The position numbers and the translations under genes are program-made. From Delftia acidovorans NBRC 14950 (GTDB lineage: Bacteria; Pseudomonadota; Gammaproteobacteria; Burkholderiales; Burkholderiaceae_C), in assembly GCF_001598795.1 (NCBI RefSeq), contig NZ_BCZP01000004.1:270001-302000 (forward strand): a stretch of 32,000 nucleotides of DNA, read 5' to 3'. Within the stretch, counting starts at the first letter, position 1; every line of letters starts with the position of its first letter. The notes below the pieces were generated by a model. That model was given only the letters and a program-made list of their open reading frames with translations. It searched no databases and was not told the origin of the DNA. Of the stretch, positions 9,337 through 16,204 are shown piece after piece.

Positions 9337-9950
9337 TCCAGGCTTGGCGCCGCGTCGGTGACCGGCTTTCCCTGTACCTGCCCGTGCTGCTGATGGGCCT
9401 GCTGGCGCTGGGCACCTGGTGGCTGGTGCGCAATGCACCGCAGCCCGTGGCCAGCGGCACCGAAAAGGCCGTGGCGCATGAGCCCGACTACTTCATGAAG
9501 GATTTCTCGATCAAGAGCTTCGACGCCACGGGGCGGCTCAAGAGCCAGATCGAGGGCAGCGTGGGCCGCCACTATCCGGATACCGACACCCTCGAAATCG
9601 ACAACGTGCGCATGTTCGCGGTCTCGCCCGAAGGCCGCATCACGCGCGGCAGTGCGAACCGGGCGCTGAGCAATGCGGATGGTTCCGAGGTGCAGATGTT
9701 CGGCAATGCCGTCGTCACGCGCGAGCCATTTGTGACAGCAGGTAAACAACCGCAGCCGCAGTTGCAATTCCAGGGCGAATTCCTGCACGCCTGGCCCAAC
9801 GAGGAAAGAGTGAGTTCCAACCAGCCCGTGGTGCTGATCCGTGACAAGGACCGTTTCACGGCCGACAGCATGCAGTACAGCAACCTGGATCTGGTGATGA
9901 AGCTGCAGGGCCGCGTGCGCGGCACCCTGCAGCCGTCCAGGACCAAGTAA
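9333..9950 (+). CDS. lptC: LPS export system protein LptC
   Basis: Internal ATG (residue 21) of ORF 9273..9950, overlapping the kdsC stop (ATGA). N-terminal TM anchor LSLYLPVLLMGLLALGTWWLV, then PDYFMKDFSIKSFDATGRL beta-jellyroll-type sequence. Canonical position after kdsC. Confidence 0.8.
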   Translation: MIQAWRRVGDRLSLYLPVLLMGLLALGTWWLVRNAPQPVASGTEKAVAHEPDYFMKDFSIKSFDATGRLKSQIEGSVGRHYPDTDTLEIDNVRMFAVSPEGRITRGSANRALSNADGSEVQMFGNAVVTREPFVTAGKQPQPQLQFQGEFLHAWPNEERVSSNQPVVLIRDKDRFTADSMQYSNLDLVMKLQGRVRGTLQPSRTK

Positions 9951-9991
9951 GGCGCCAGCGCAAGCGCAGGCCTGCCGATGGAGAACAAGCC

Positions 9992-10792
9992 ATGACGACA
10001 TCCTCGCGCAGCCCGGCACCCCTGGCCTTCATCACCGGCGCATCCAGCGGCATAGGCCAAGCCCTGGCCTGGCATGCCTACCAGCAAGGCTGGTCGCTGG
10101 CACTGGTTGCACGGCGTGGCGACGTGATGGCGCAATGGGCTGCGCAGCAGGGCCTGGAGGCGTCGCGCTTCGCCATCTACGAGGCCGATGTGGCCGTGCC
10201 CGACAGCATCATCGCTGCCGCCCGGCGCTGTGAGCAGCAGCAGGGCCTGCCCGATGTCGTGATAGCCAATGCCGGCGTCAGCTGGGGTGTGGACACCTCG
10301 ATGCGCGAGGATATCGACACCATGCAGCAGGTGCTGGCCGTCAACACCATGGGCGTGGCGGCCAGTTTCCATCCCTTTATCGCGCCCATGGTGCGGCGTG
10401 GCAGCGGGCAGTTGGTCGGTATCGCCAGTGTGGCCGGGCTGCGCGGCCTGCCGGGACATGGTGCTTATTGCGCCAGCAAGGCTGCAGTCATTGCCTATTG
10501 CGAAAGCCTTCGCGGTGAATTGCGCAGTAGTGGCGTAAAAGTCACTACATTGCTTCCTGGTTATGTAGATACACCCCTCACACGCGGTAACCGCTATGGC
10601 ATGCCATTCCTATTGCAGCCCCATGAGTTTGCTGCAAGGGCCTGGCGTTCCATTGATGCCGGGCGCAGCCTGGCCATCATCCCCTGGCAAATGGCGTGGG
10701 TTGGCCGTTTGATGAAAATTCTGCCAAACCCCTTGTTTGATCGGCTGCTTGTAGGACGAAAGCGCAAACATCGTCATTCGAAAAATCCCTGA
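9992..10792 (+). CDS. Short-chain dehydrogenase/reductase (SDR) family oxidoreductase
   Basis: Cofactor motif ITGASSGIG, NAG (IANAG), and catalytic YCASK. Confidence 0.88.
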   Translation: MTTSSRSPAPLAFITGASSGIGQALAWHAYQQGWSLALVARRGDVMAQWAAQQGLEASRFAIYEADVAVPDSIIAAARRCEQQQGLPDVVIANAGVSWGVDTSMREDIDTMQQVLAVNTMGVAASFHPFIAPMVRRGSGQLVGIASVAGLRGLPGHGAYCASKAAVIAYCESLRGELRSSGVKVTTLLPGYVDTPLTRGNRYGMPFLLQPHEFAARAWRSIDAGRSLAIIPWQMAWVGRLMKILPNPLFDRLLVGRKRKHRHSKNP

Positions 10793-10841
10793 AGTTCGTC
10801 GTGCTCAGGGAATATGTTCATGCATAAACTTGCAACCGCAA

Positions 10842-10866
10842 AAAAGGCTCCCTGAAGGAGCCTTTT
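10842..10866. terminator. Bidirectional intrinsic terminator between the convergent SDR and rbp genes
   Basis: AAAAGGCTCC-CTGAA-GGAGCCTTTT. The 10-bp stem has an A run on one side and a T run on the other, so it reads as stem plus U tract on both strands. Confidence 0.7.
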
Positions 10867-10896
10867 CTTGTTTGGGAGAACATGGAGACCGGGGTC

Positions 10897-11427
10897 TCAT
10901 TCTCCGTTGTTATTGTTGTTTCCCCATCCGCCGCCACGGCCGCCATTGCGGGGGCCGGAGCCATAGGGGCTGCGGAAACCACCATCGCCACGGCCGCCGT
11001 AGCCGCCGCCTCCACCGCCGTCACCACGGCCATAGCCACCGCCGCCGCCATCGCTGCGCCCGTAGCCTCCGCCATCACCGCGGCCACCGCCACCGTAGCC
11101 ACCGCCGCCGCCATCACCACGGCCATAGCCGCCACCACCGCCGCCGCCACCAAAGCCGCCCGAGCGCGGGGGACGAGGCTCCATGGGGCGCGCTTCGTTC
11201 ACCACGAGGCTGCGCCCGCCCAATGGCTGGCCATTCATGCCTTGAACGGCTGCCTGTGCCTCGGCATCGCTGCCCATTTCGACAAACCCGAATCCCTTGG
11301 AGCGGCCTGTGTCGCGTTCCATCATGACCCGGGCGCTGGTGACAGCGCCGAACTGGCTGAATGCCTGCTCCAAGTCGTTGTCACGCACACCATAGGGAAG
11401 GTTGCCGACGTAAAGCTTATTGCCCAT
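10897..11427 (-). CDS. RRM (RNP-1/RNP-2) RNA-binding protein with a long Gly/Arg/Tyr-rich tail
   Basis: MGNKLYVGNLPY (RNP-2) and KGFGFVEM (RNP-1). The tail contains YGRGDGGGGG-type repeats and ends GWGNNNNNGE. The ORF track starts one codon earlier, at 11430. Confidence 0.9.
   Translation of the reverse strand: MGNKLYVGNLPYGVRDNDLEQAFSQFGAVTSARVMMERDTGRSKGFGFVEMGSDAEAQAAVQGMNGQPLGGRSLVVNEARPMEPRPPRSGGFGGGGGGGGYGRGDGGGGGYGGGGRGDGGGYGRSDGGGGGYGRGDGGGGGGYGGRGDGGFRSPYGSGPRNGGRGGGWGNNNNNGE
10921..11160 (-). repeat. Imperfect tandem GGY-codon repeat encoding (Y)GRGDGGGGG units
   Basis: The tail reads GGFGGGGGGGGYGRGDGGGGGYGGGGRGDGGGYGRSDGGGGGYGRGDGGGGGGYGGRGDGG. At DNA level this is a run of GCC/ACC triplets on the plus strand. 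Confidence 0.85.
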
Positions 11428-11633
11428 CAAAAACTCCTCAACTCCTCAATGCTCACTGGTTTGCGCTCGGCTTCAGGACGCACAGACATCAGGTTCTTTG
11501 TATACAAGAGCCTGTCCAACCTTCCTAAACACATAGCGTTCGAACGGGTCTGCCCGAAACCAAATTATGAAGCACAAAAATCAAAAAGATAAATGCTCGA
11601 AAACACAAGCTGATAACGTTTGGCAACAAAAAA

Positions 11634-11657
11634 GGGGCCCGAAGGCCCCATTTTTTT
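11634..11657. terminator. Intrinsic terminator after the second rbp gene (A and T runs on both flanks)
   Basis: GGGGCC-CGAA-GGCCCC hairpin, preceded by AAAAAA and followed by ATTTTTTT. Confidence 0.7.
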
Positions 11658-11682
11658 GCTAACGCAAGCTCTAAGCGAGTGC

Positions 11683-12060
11683 TTAGTAGCTGTTGCGACG
11701 GCCGCCGCCACCGCCGTAGCCGCCGTCACGGTTGCCGCCGCCGAAGCCGCCGCCACCGCCGCCGCCACCACCAAAGCCGCCGCCGAAGCCGCCGCTACGG
11801 GGAGCGCGGGGCTCCATCGGACGGGCTTCGTTGACCACCAGGTCACGGCCGCCGCGGTTTTGGCCGTGCAGGCCTTGGATAGCAGCTTGTGCTTCGGCAT
11901 CGCTGCCCATTTCGACGAAGCCGAAACCCTTGGAACGGCCGGTGTCGCGCTCCATCATCACTTTGGCGCTGTTGACGGCGCCGAATTCGCTGAAGGCTTG
12001 CTCCAGATCGCTGTCACGGAAGGTGTACGGCAGGTTGCCGACGTAAAGCTTGTTGCCCAT
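11683..12060 (-). CDS. RRM RNA-binding protein with a short Gly-rich tail (paralog of 10897..11427)
   Basis: Internal ATG (residue 32) of ORF 11683..12153 gives MGNKLYVGNLPYTFRDSDLEQAFSEFGAVNSAKVMMERDTGRSKGFGFVEM. By hand alignment I count 13 differences over the ~95-aa RRM region versus the neighbouring gene. GGAG lies upstream. Confidence 0.9.
   Translation of the reverse strand: MGNKLYVGNLPYTFRDSDLEQAFSEFGAVNSAKVMMERDTGRSKGFGFVEMGSDAEAQAAIQGLHGQNRGGRDLVVNEARPMEPRAPRSGGFGGGFGGGGGGGGGFGGGNRDGGYGGGGGRRNSY
11695..11796 (-). repeat. GGY-codon repeat encoding a poly-Gly tail
   Basis: Encodes SGGFGGGFGGGGGGGGGFGGGNRDGGYGGGGGRR. Confidence 0.8.
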
Positions 12061-12352
12061 GGAGGACTCCTGAAAAAACTGGAAAACGCGATGGAGCCCT
12101 AGGGAGTCAACACGGGATGACAACGTTAGAGACGCAAACGCACTCGCCCTCATTGAGCCGAAGCCCGAACGAAAGCCTGCCCATTATGTGGCAGAAGTTT
12201 TCGCACGTTATTACTGTTTCGCAAAAATTCGTCGTGCCCGCCACAGAATGCCCCTGGGAGTAACCCTGAAATTGCGGCAGCGCATAAGCAAGTGCCGTGG
12301 CGGCAGTGGTGGTCGGCATGCGGATCGGGGGGCTGCTATGATCGCCGCCTCA

Positions 12353-12500
12353 GTCTTTGGGGAGTAGATCGTTCGGCTCAGTAGCCGGATGCATGCGTCA
12401 ACAAACTTGGGCCTTCGCTGGCCTATGGCGTATGCGGCGCGCAGTGCAATGCTGCGTGTGACCGATCGAGACCATTGACCGCGCACCGATCCAAAGGCCG
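12353..12500 (+). promoter_or_regulatory. Candidate yybP-ykoY (Mn2+) riboswitch
   Basis: The family signature GGGGAGUAG lies at 12359-12367. The 3' strand GAGACC at 12468-12473 is followed by CCAUUGAC, which pairs with GUCUUUGG (12353-12360). Internal hairpins include UUCGGCU-CAGU-AGCCGGA and GCGCAG-N7-CUGCGU. It sits directly upstream of a UPF0016 transporter gene, a family known to be associated with this riboswitch. Confidence 0.7.
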
Positions 12501-12553
12501 GAGTCGGGGCGTGGTCAATGCGTGCTCTATCCGGCCGGATAAATCCCCACACC

Positions 12554-13132
12554 ATGGAAGCCTTCCTGATTTCAACCTCCGTCGTCGCACTTGCCGAGAT
12601 GGGGGACAAGACCCAGCTGCTGTCGCTGGTGCTCGCCGCGCGTTTTCGCAAACCCTGGCCCATCGTTGCGGGCATTTTCGTAGCCACGCTGGTCAACCAT
12701 GCGCTGGCCGGTGCCGTAGGTGCCTGGATCACCAGTTACCTGGGCGAGAACGCCATGCGCTGGATCCTGGGCCTGTCCTTCATCGCCATGGCGATCTGGA
12801 TGCTGATCCCCGACAAGCTCGACGAGGACGAGGTCTCCGGGCATTCGCGCTGGGGCGTCTTCGGCACCACGCTGGTGGCCTTCTTCCTGGCCGAGATGGG
12901 CGATAAGACGCAGATCGCCACCGTGATGCTGGCGGCCAAGTACAACGCCTACCTGTGGGTGGTGGCCGGCACCACGCTGGGCATGATGCTGGCCAACGCG
13001 CCTGTGGTGTGGCTGGGCGACAAGCTGGTCAAGCGCGTGCCCATACGCCTGGTGCATGTGGTCTCGGCCGTGATCTTCCTGGTGCTGGGCGTGCTGGCCC
13101 TGTTCCTTCCGGGGACGGGCGTTTTGGCATAA
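12554..13132 (+). CDS. UPF0016 / GDT1 / TMEM165-family cation (probable Mn2+) transporter
   Basis: Two copies of the family motif E-x-G-D-K-T (LAEMGDKTQLL and LAEMGDKTQIA) in a duplicated 3-TM architecture. Start chosen at MEAFLISTSVV; the ATG at 12518 is an alternative. Confidence 0.88.
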   Translation: MEAFLISTSVVALAEMGDKTQLLSLVLAARFRKPWPIVAGIFVATLVNHALAGAVGAWITSYLGENAMRWILGLSFIAMAIWMLIPDKLDEDEVSGHSRWGVFGTTLVAFFLAEMGDKTQIATVMLAAKYNAYLWVVAGTTLGMMLANAPVVWLGDKLVKRVPIRLVHVVSAVIFLVLGVLALFLPGTGVLA

Positions 13133-13151
13133 TGAGTCTTCATGCGCCGAT

Positions 13152-13179
13152 TTGCTTCTGCTTGCGGGCGCTTTATAAA
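13152..13179 (+). promoter_or_regulatory. Candidate sigma70-type promoter for metX (TTGCTT-N16-TATAAA)
   Basis: Good hexamers with 16-nt spacing, ~60 nt upstream of the metX start. Pattern match only. Confidence 0.35.
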
Positions 13180-13202
13180 TCCTGCTAAAGACGACACCAG
13201 AG

Positions 13203-13237
13203 AACCCGGCCTCGTTTTTAGCGATGCCGGGTTTTTT
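13203..13237 (+). terminator. Intrinsic terminator or attenuator hairpin abutting the metX start codon
   Basis: AACCCGGC-N15-GCCGGGTT followed by TTTT(TT), ending 1 nt before the ATG at 13239. It could terminate the upstream transporter transcript, attenuate metX, or do both. Confidence 0.65.
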
Positions 13238-13238
13238 C

Positions 13239-14387
13239 ATGTCCTTCATCGCCACACCACAAACCATGCACTTCGACGAGCCCCTGCCGCTGCAGGGCGG
13301 CGGCTCGATCCGGGACTACGACCTCGCCTACGAGACCTACGGGCAGCTCAATGCCGATCGCAGCAACGCGGTGCTGGTCTGCCATGCGCTCAATGCCTCC
13401 CACCATGTGGCAGGCGTCTACGAAGGCCAGGCCAAGAGCGAGGGCTGGTGGGACAACATGATCGGCCCGGGCAAGCCCGTGGATACGAACCGGTTCTTCG
13501 TGATCGGCGTGAACAACCTGGGCTCGTGCTTCGGCTCGACCGGCCCCATGCACGCGCATCCCGACACCGGCAAGATCTATGGCGCCGACTTTCCCGTGGT
13601 CACGGTGGAGGACTGGGTGGACGCCCAGGCCCGACTGCTGGACCGGCTGGGCATTGACCAGCTGGCCGCCGTGCTGGGCGGCAGCCTGGGCGGCATGCAG
13701 GCGCTGTCGTGGTCGCTGCGCCACCCTGACCGCATGCGCCACGCCGTGGTCGTGGCCAGCGCGCCCAACCTCAATGCCGAGAACATCGCCTTCAACGAGG
13801 TGGCGCGCCGCGCCATCGTCACCGACCCGGATTTCCATGGCGGGCATTTCTACGAGCACGGCGTGGTGCCGGCGCGGGGACTGCGCATCGCCCGCATGAT
13901 CGGCCACATCACCTACCTCAGCGACGATGTGATGAACCAGAAGTTCGGCCGCCAGCTGAGGGAGGGGCTTGACCTGAAGTACAGCACGCAGGACGTGGAG
14001 TTCCAGATCGAGAGCTACCTGCGCTACCAGGGCGAGAAGTTCAGCAGCTACTTCGACGCCAACACCTATCTGCTGATCACGCGTGCGCTCGATTATTTCG
14101 ACCCGGCGCGCGCGCATGGCGGCGACCTGACCCGGGCGCTGTCCGTGGCCAAGGCCGGCTTCCTGCTGGTGAGCTTCACCACCGACTGGCGCTTTGCCCC
14201 CGCGCGCAGCCGCGAGTTGGTCAAGTCGCTGCTGGAGAACAACCGCGACGTCAGCTACGCCGAGATCGACGCGCCCCACGGCCATGACGCCTTCCTGCTC
14301 GACGACCCCCGCTACATGAAGGTGATGCGCTCCTACTTTGACAACATCGCCCAGGAAACCACGACAGCCGCCAAGGAGGCCGCATGA
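13239..14387 (+). CDS. metX: Homoserine O-acyltransferase MetX (acetyl/succinyl specificity not decidable here)
   Basis: [38 protein letters not shown]...AVLVCHALN, with nucleophile elbow [10 protein letters not shown]. Followed by metW with an ATGA overlap. The ATG at 13224 is an alternative start. Confidence 0.93.
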   Translation: MSFIATPQTMHFDEPLPLQGGGSIRDYDLAYETYGQLNADRSNAVLVCHALNASHHVAGVYEGQAKSEGWWDNMIGPGKPVDTNRFFVIGVNNLGSCFGSTGPMHAHPDTGKIYGADFPVVTVEDWVDAQARLLDRLGIDQLAAVLGGSLGGMQALSWSLRHPDRMRHAVVVASAPNLNAENIAFNEVARRAIVTDPDFHGGHFYEHGVVPARGLRIARMIGHITYLSDDVMNQKFGRQLREGLDLKYSTQDVEFQIESYLRYQGEKFSSYFDANTYLLITRALDYFDPARAHGGDLTRALSVAKAGFLLVSFTTDWRFAPARSRELVKSLLENNRDVSYAEIDAPHGHDAFLLDDPRYMKVMRSYFDNIAQETTTAAKEAA

Positions 14388-14968
14388 CCGAGCTGAACAC
14401 CATGCAGGCGATTGCGCGCCTGATCCCCAAGGGCTCGCGCGTGCTTGACCTGGGCTGCGGCGATGGCGCCCTGCTGTCGCACCTGCAGCGCGAGCGCGGC
14501 TGCACCGGCTACGGCGTGGAGCTGGACGACGCCAATGTGCTGGCCTGCGTGCGCCGGGGCGTGAACGTGCTGCAGCTGAACCTGGAGGACGGCCTGGCCA
14601 TCTTCCAGGACAACAGCTTCGACGTGGTGCTGCAGATCGACACGCTGCAGCATCTGCGCAATGCCGAGACCATGCTGCAGGAGACGGCGCGCATAGGCCG
14701 CGCGGGCATCGTCGCCTTCCCCAACTTCGCGCACTGGCCCAACCGCCTGTCCGTGCTGCGCGGGCGCATGCCGGTGACGCGGCGCCTGCCCTACCAGTGG
14801 TATGACACGCCCAATATCCGCGTGGGCACCTACAAGGACTTCGAGGTGCTGGCCACCCGGAACCGGCTGCGCATCCTGGACTCCTTCGGCCTGCAGGATG
14901 GCCGCAGCGTGCGCACCCTGCCCAATCTCATGGCAGGCACGGCCGTCTTCCATTTCGAGCACGCCTGA
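14384..14968 (+). CDS. metW: Methionine biosynthesis protein MetW
   Basis: SAM-methyltransferase-like VLDLGCGDG. Conserved MetW C-terminal part: [35 protein letters not shown]. Coupled to metX. Confidence 0.92.
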   Translation: MTELNTMQAIARLIPKGSRVLDLGCGDGALLSHLQRERGCTGYGVELDDANVLACVRRGVNVLQLNLEDGLAIFQDNSFDVVLQIDTLQHLRNAETMLQETARIGRAGIVAFPNFAHWPNRLSVLRGRMPVTRRLPYQWYDTPNIRVGTYKDFEVLATRNRLRILDSFGLQDGRSVRTLPNLMAGTAVFHFEHA

Positions 14969-15040
14969 GCGGCGGTCCGGTCCATGCCCGTGTCATGGGT
15001 GGCGCGCACAATCGACGGATTGCGAACCCGAAAGGCAGAC

Positions 15041-16204
15041 ATGAACCGCTTCCCACGCCGCCGCGCGCTGGCCCTGGCCGGCGCGGCCGCCGGCCTGCTG
15101 CTGGCAGGCTGCGCCACGCCGCAGGCCGCCAATTCCCCATCGCAGGCCGCGGACTGGCCTCCCCGGCCCGCGCTGATCGCGCACCGCGGCGCATCGGCGC
15201 TGCGGCCAGAGCACACGCTGGAGGCCTACCGGGAGGCCATACGCGCGGGCGCCGACTTCATCGAGCCCGACCTGGTCATCACGCGTGATGGCGTGCTGGT
15301 GGCGCGGCATGAGAACGCCATCGCCATCCTCGCGGCCGACGGCAGCCTCAAGGAGGCCACGACCAATGTGGCCGACCGCCCCGAGTTCGCGGCGCGCAAG
15401 ACCACCAAAACCATCGACGGGCAGGCGATCACGGGCTGGTTCGTGGAGGATTTCACGCTGGCCGAGCTGAAGACGCTGCGTGCGCGTGAACGCATCCCGG
15501 CGATCCGCCCGGCGAATGTGCAGTTCAATGACCGTTTCGAGGTGCCCACGCTGCAGGAGGTCATCGACCTGGCCCGAGCCGAGAGCGTACGCACGAACCG
15601 CACCATAGGCATCTATCCCGAGACCAAGCACCCGAGCTACTTCCAGTCCATCGGCCTGCCGCTGGAGCCCGTGCTGCTGAAGCTGCTTGCGGACAACGGC
15701 TGGAACCATGCACAGGCGCCAGTCTTCGTGCAGTCCTTCGAGGTCGAGAACCTGCGCTGGATCCGTGCGCGCAGCAGCCTGCGCCTGGTGCAATTGCTGG
15801 CGCCCAAGGGCAAGCCCTATGACAGCGTGGCGCGCGGCACGGGCCCCGGCTATGCTGACATGGTCACGCCCGCAGGCCTGGCCGAGATTGCGCGCTATGC
15901 CAACGGCATCGGGCCGAGCAAGAGCATGGTGATCCCCGTGGTGCAGGGCGCCAATGCGGCGCCCACGGCACTGGTGGCCGATGCCCACCGTGCGGGGCTG
16001 CTGGTCCATCCCTGGACGCTGCGGCCCGAGAACGCCTTCCTGCCCCTGAGCCTGAAATCGCCGCCCGCACAGGACGGCACCCGGCGCGGCAATGCGCGCG
16101 CCGACATGGACGATTTCCTGCGCACCGGCATCGACGGCATCTTCACCGACGATCCGTCGGTGGGGCGCGCGGCCATCGATGACCTGGTCAAACCGAAGCC
16201 TTAA
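15041..16204 (+). CDS. Glycerophosphodiester phosphodiesterase (GDPD family), predicted lipoprotein
   Basis: Internal ATG (residue 20) of ORF 14984..16204. Signal sequence MNRFPRRRALALAGAAAGLLLAGC has an RRR motif plus a lipobox. GDPD motif: LIAHRGASALRPEHTLEAYREAIRAGADFIEPDLVITRDGVLVARHE. Confidence 0.88.
   Translation: MNRFPRRRALALAGAAAGLLLAGCATPQAANSPSQAADWPPRPALIAHRGASALRPEHTLEAYREAIRAGADFIEPDLVITRDGVLVARHENAIAILAADGSLKEATTNVADRPEFAARKTTKTIDGQAITGWFVEDFTLAELKTLRARERIPAIRPANVQFNDRFEVPTLQEVIDLARAESVRTNRTIGIYPETKHPSYFQSIGLPLEPVLLKLLADNGWNHAQAPVFVQSFEVENLRWIRARSSLRLVQLLAPKGKPYDSVARGTGPGYADMVTPAGLAEIARYANGIGPSKSMVIPVVQGANAAPTALVADAHRAGLLVHPWTLRPENAFLPLSLKSPPAQDGTRRGNARADMDDFLRTGIDGIFTDDPSVGRAAIDDLVKPKP

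Noticed and set aside
10882-12102. Ala/Thr-rich + strand ORFs 10882..11592 and 11620..12102 (and the His/Arg-rich ORF 10830..11327).
   Set aside because: They are mirror images of the GGY-codon repeats of the two RRM/Gly-rich genes on the minus strand. They have no plausible start context and they cross terminators.
12107-12319. 70-aa minus-strand ORF in the region upstream of the second rbp gene.
   Set aside because: It is Cys-rich with an odd composition and no SD, and it lies within the presumed leader/promoter region of the rbp gene. It is most likely non-coding.
13143-13195. Possible SAM-II (metA-type) riboswitch upstream of metX. Basis: GCGCC-GAUUUGCUU...GGCGC hairpin followed by GCUAAAG.
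   Set aside because: As I recall it, the 3' tail should carry the conserved AAAGCU-type strand able to pair with the loop to form the pseudoknot, and here it does not. The same bases read better as a TTGCTT-N16-TATAAA promoter. A cmsearch with RF00521 would settle this.
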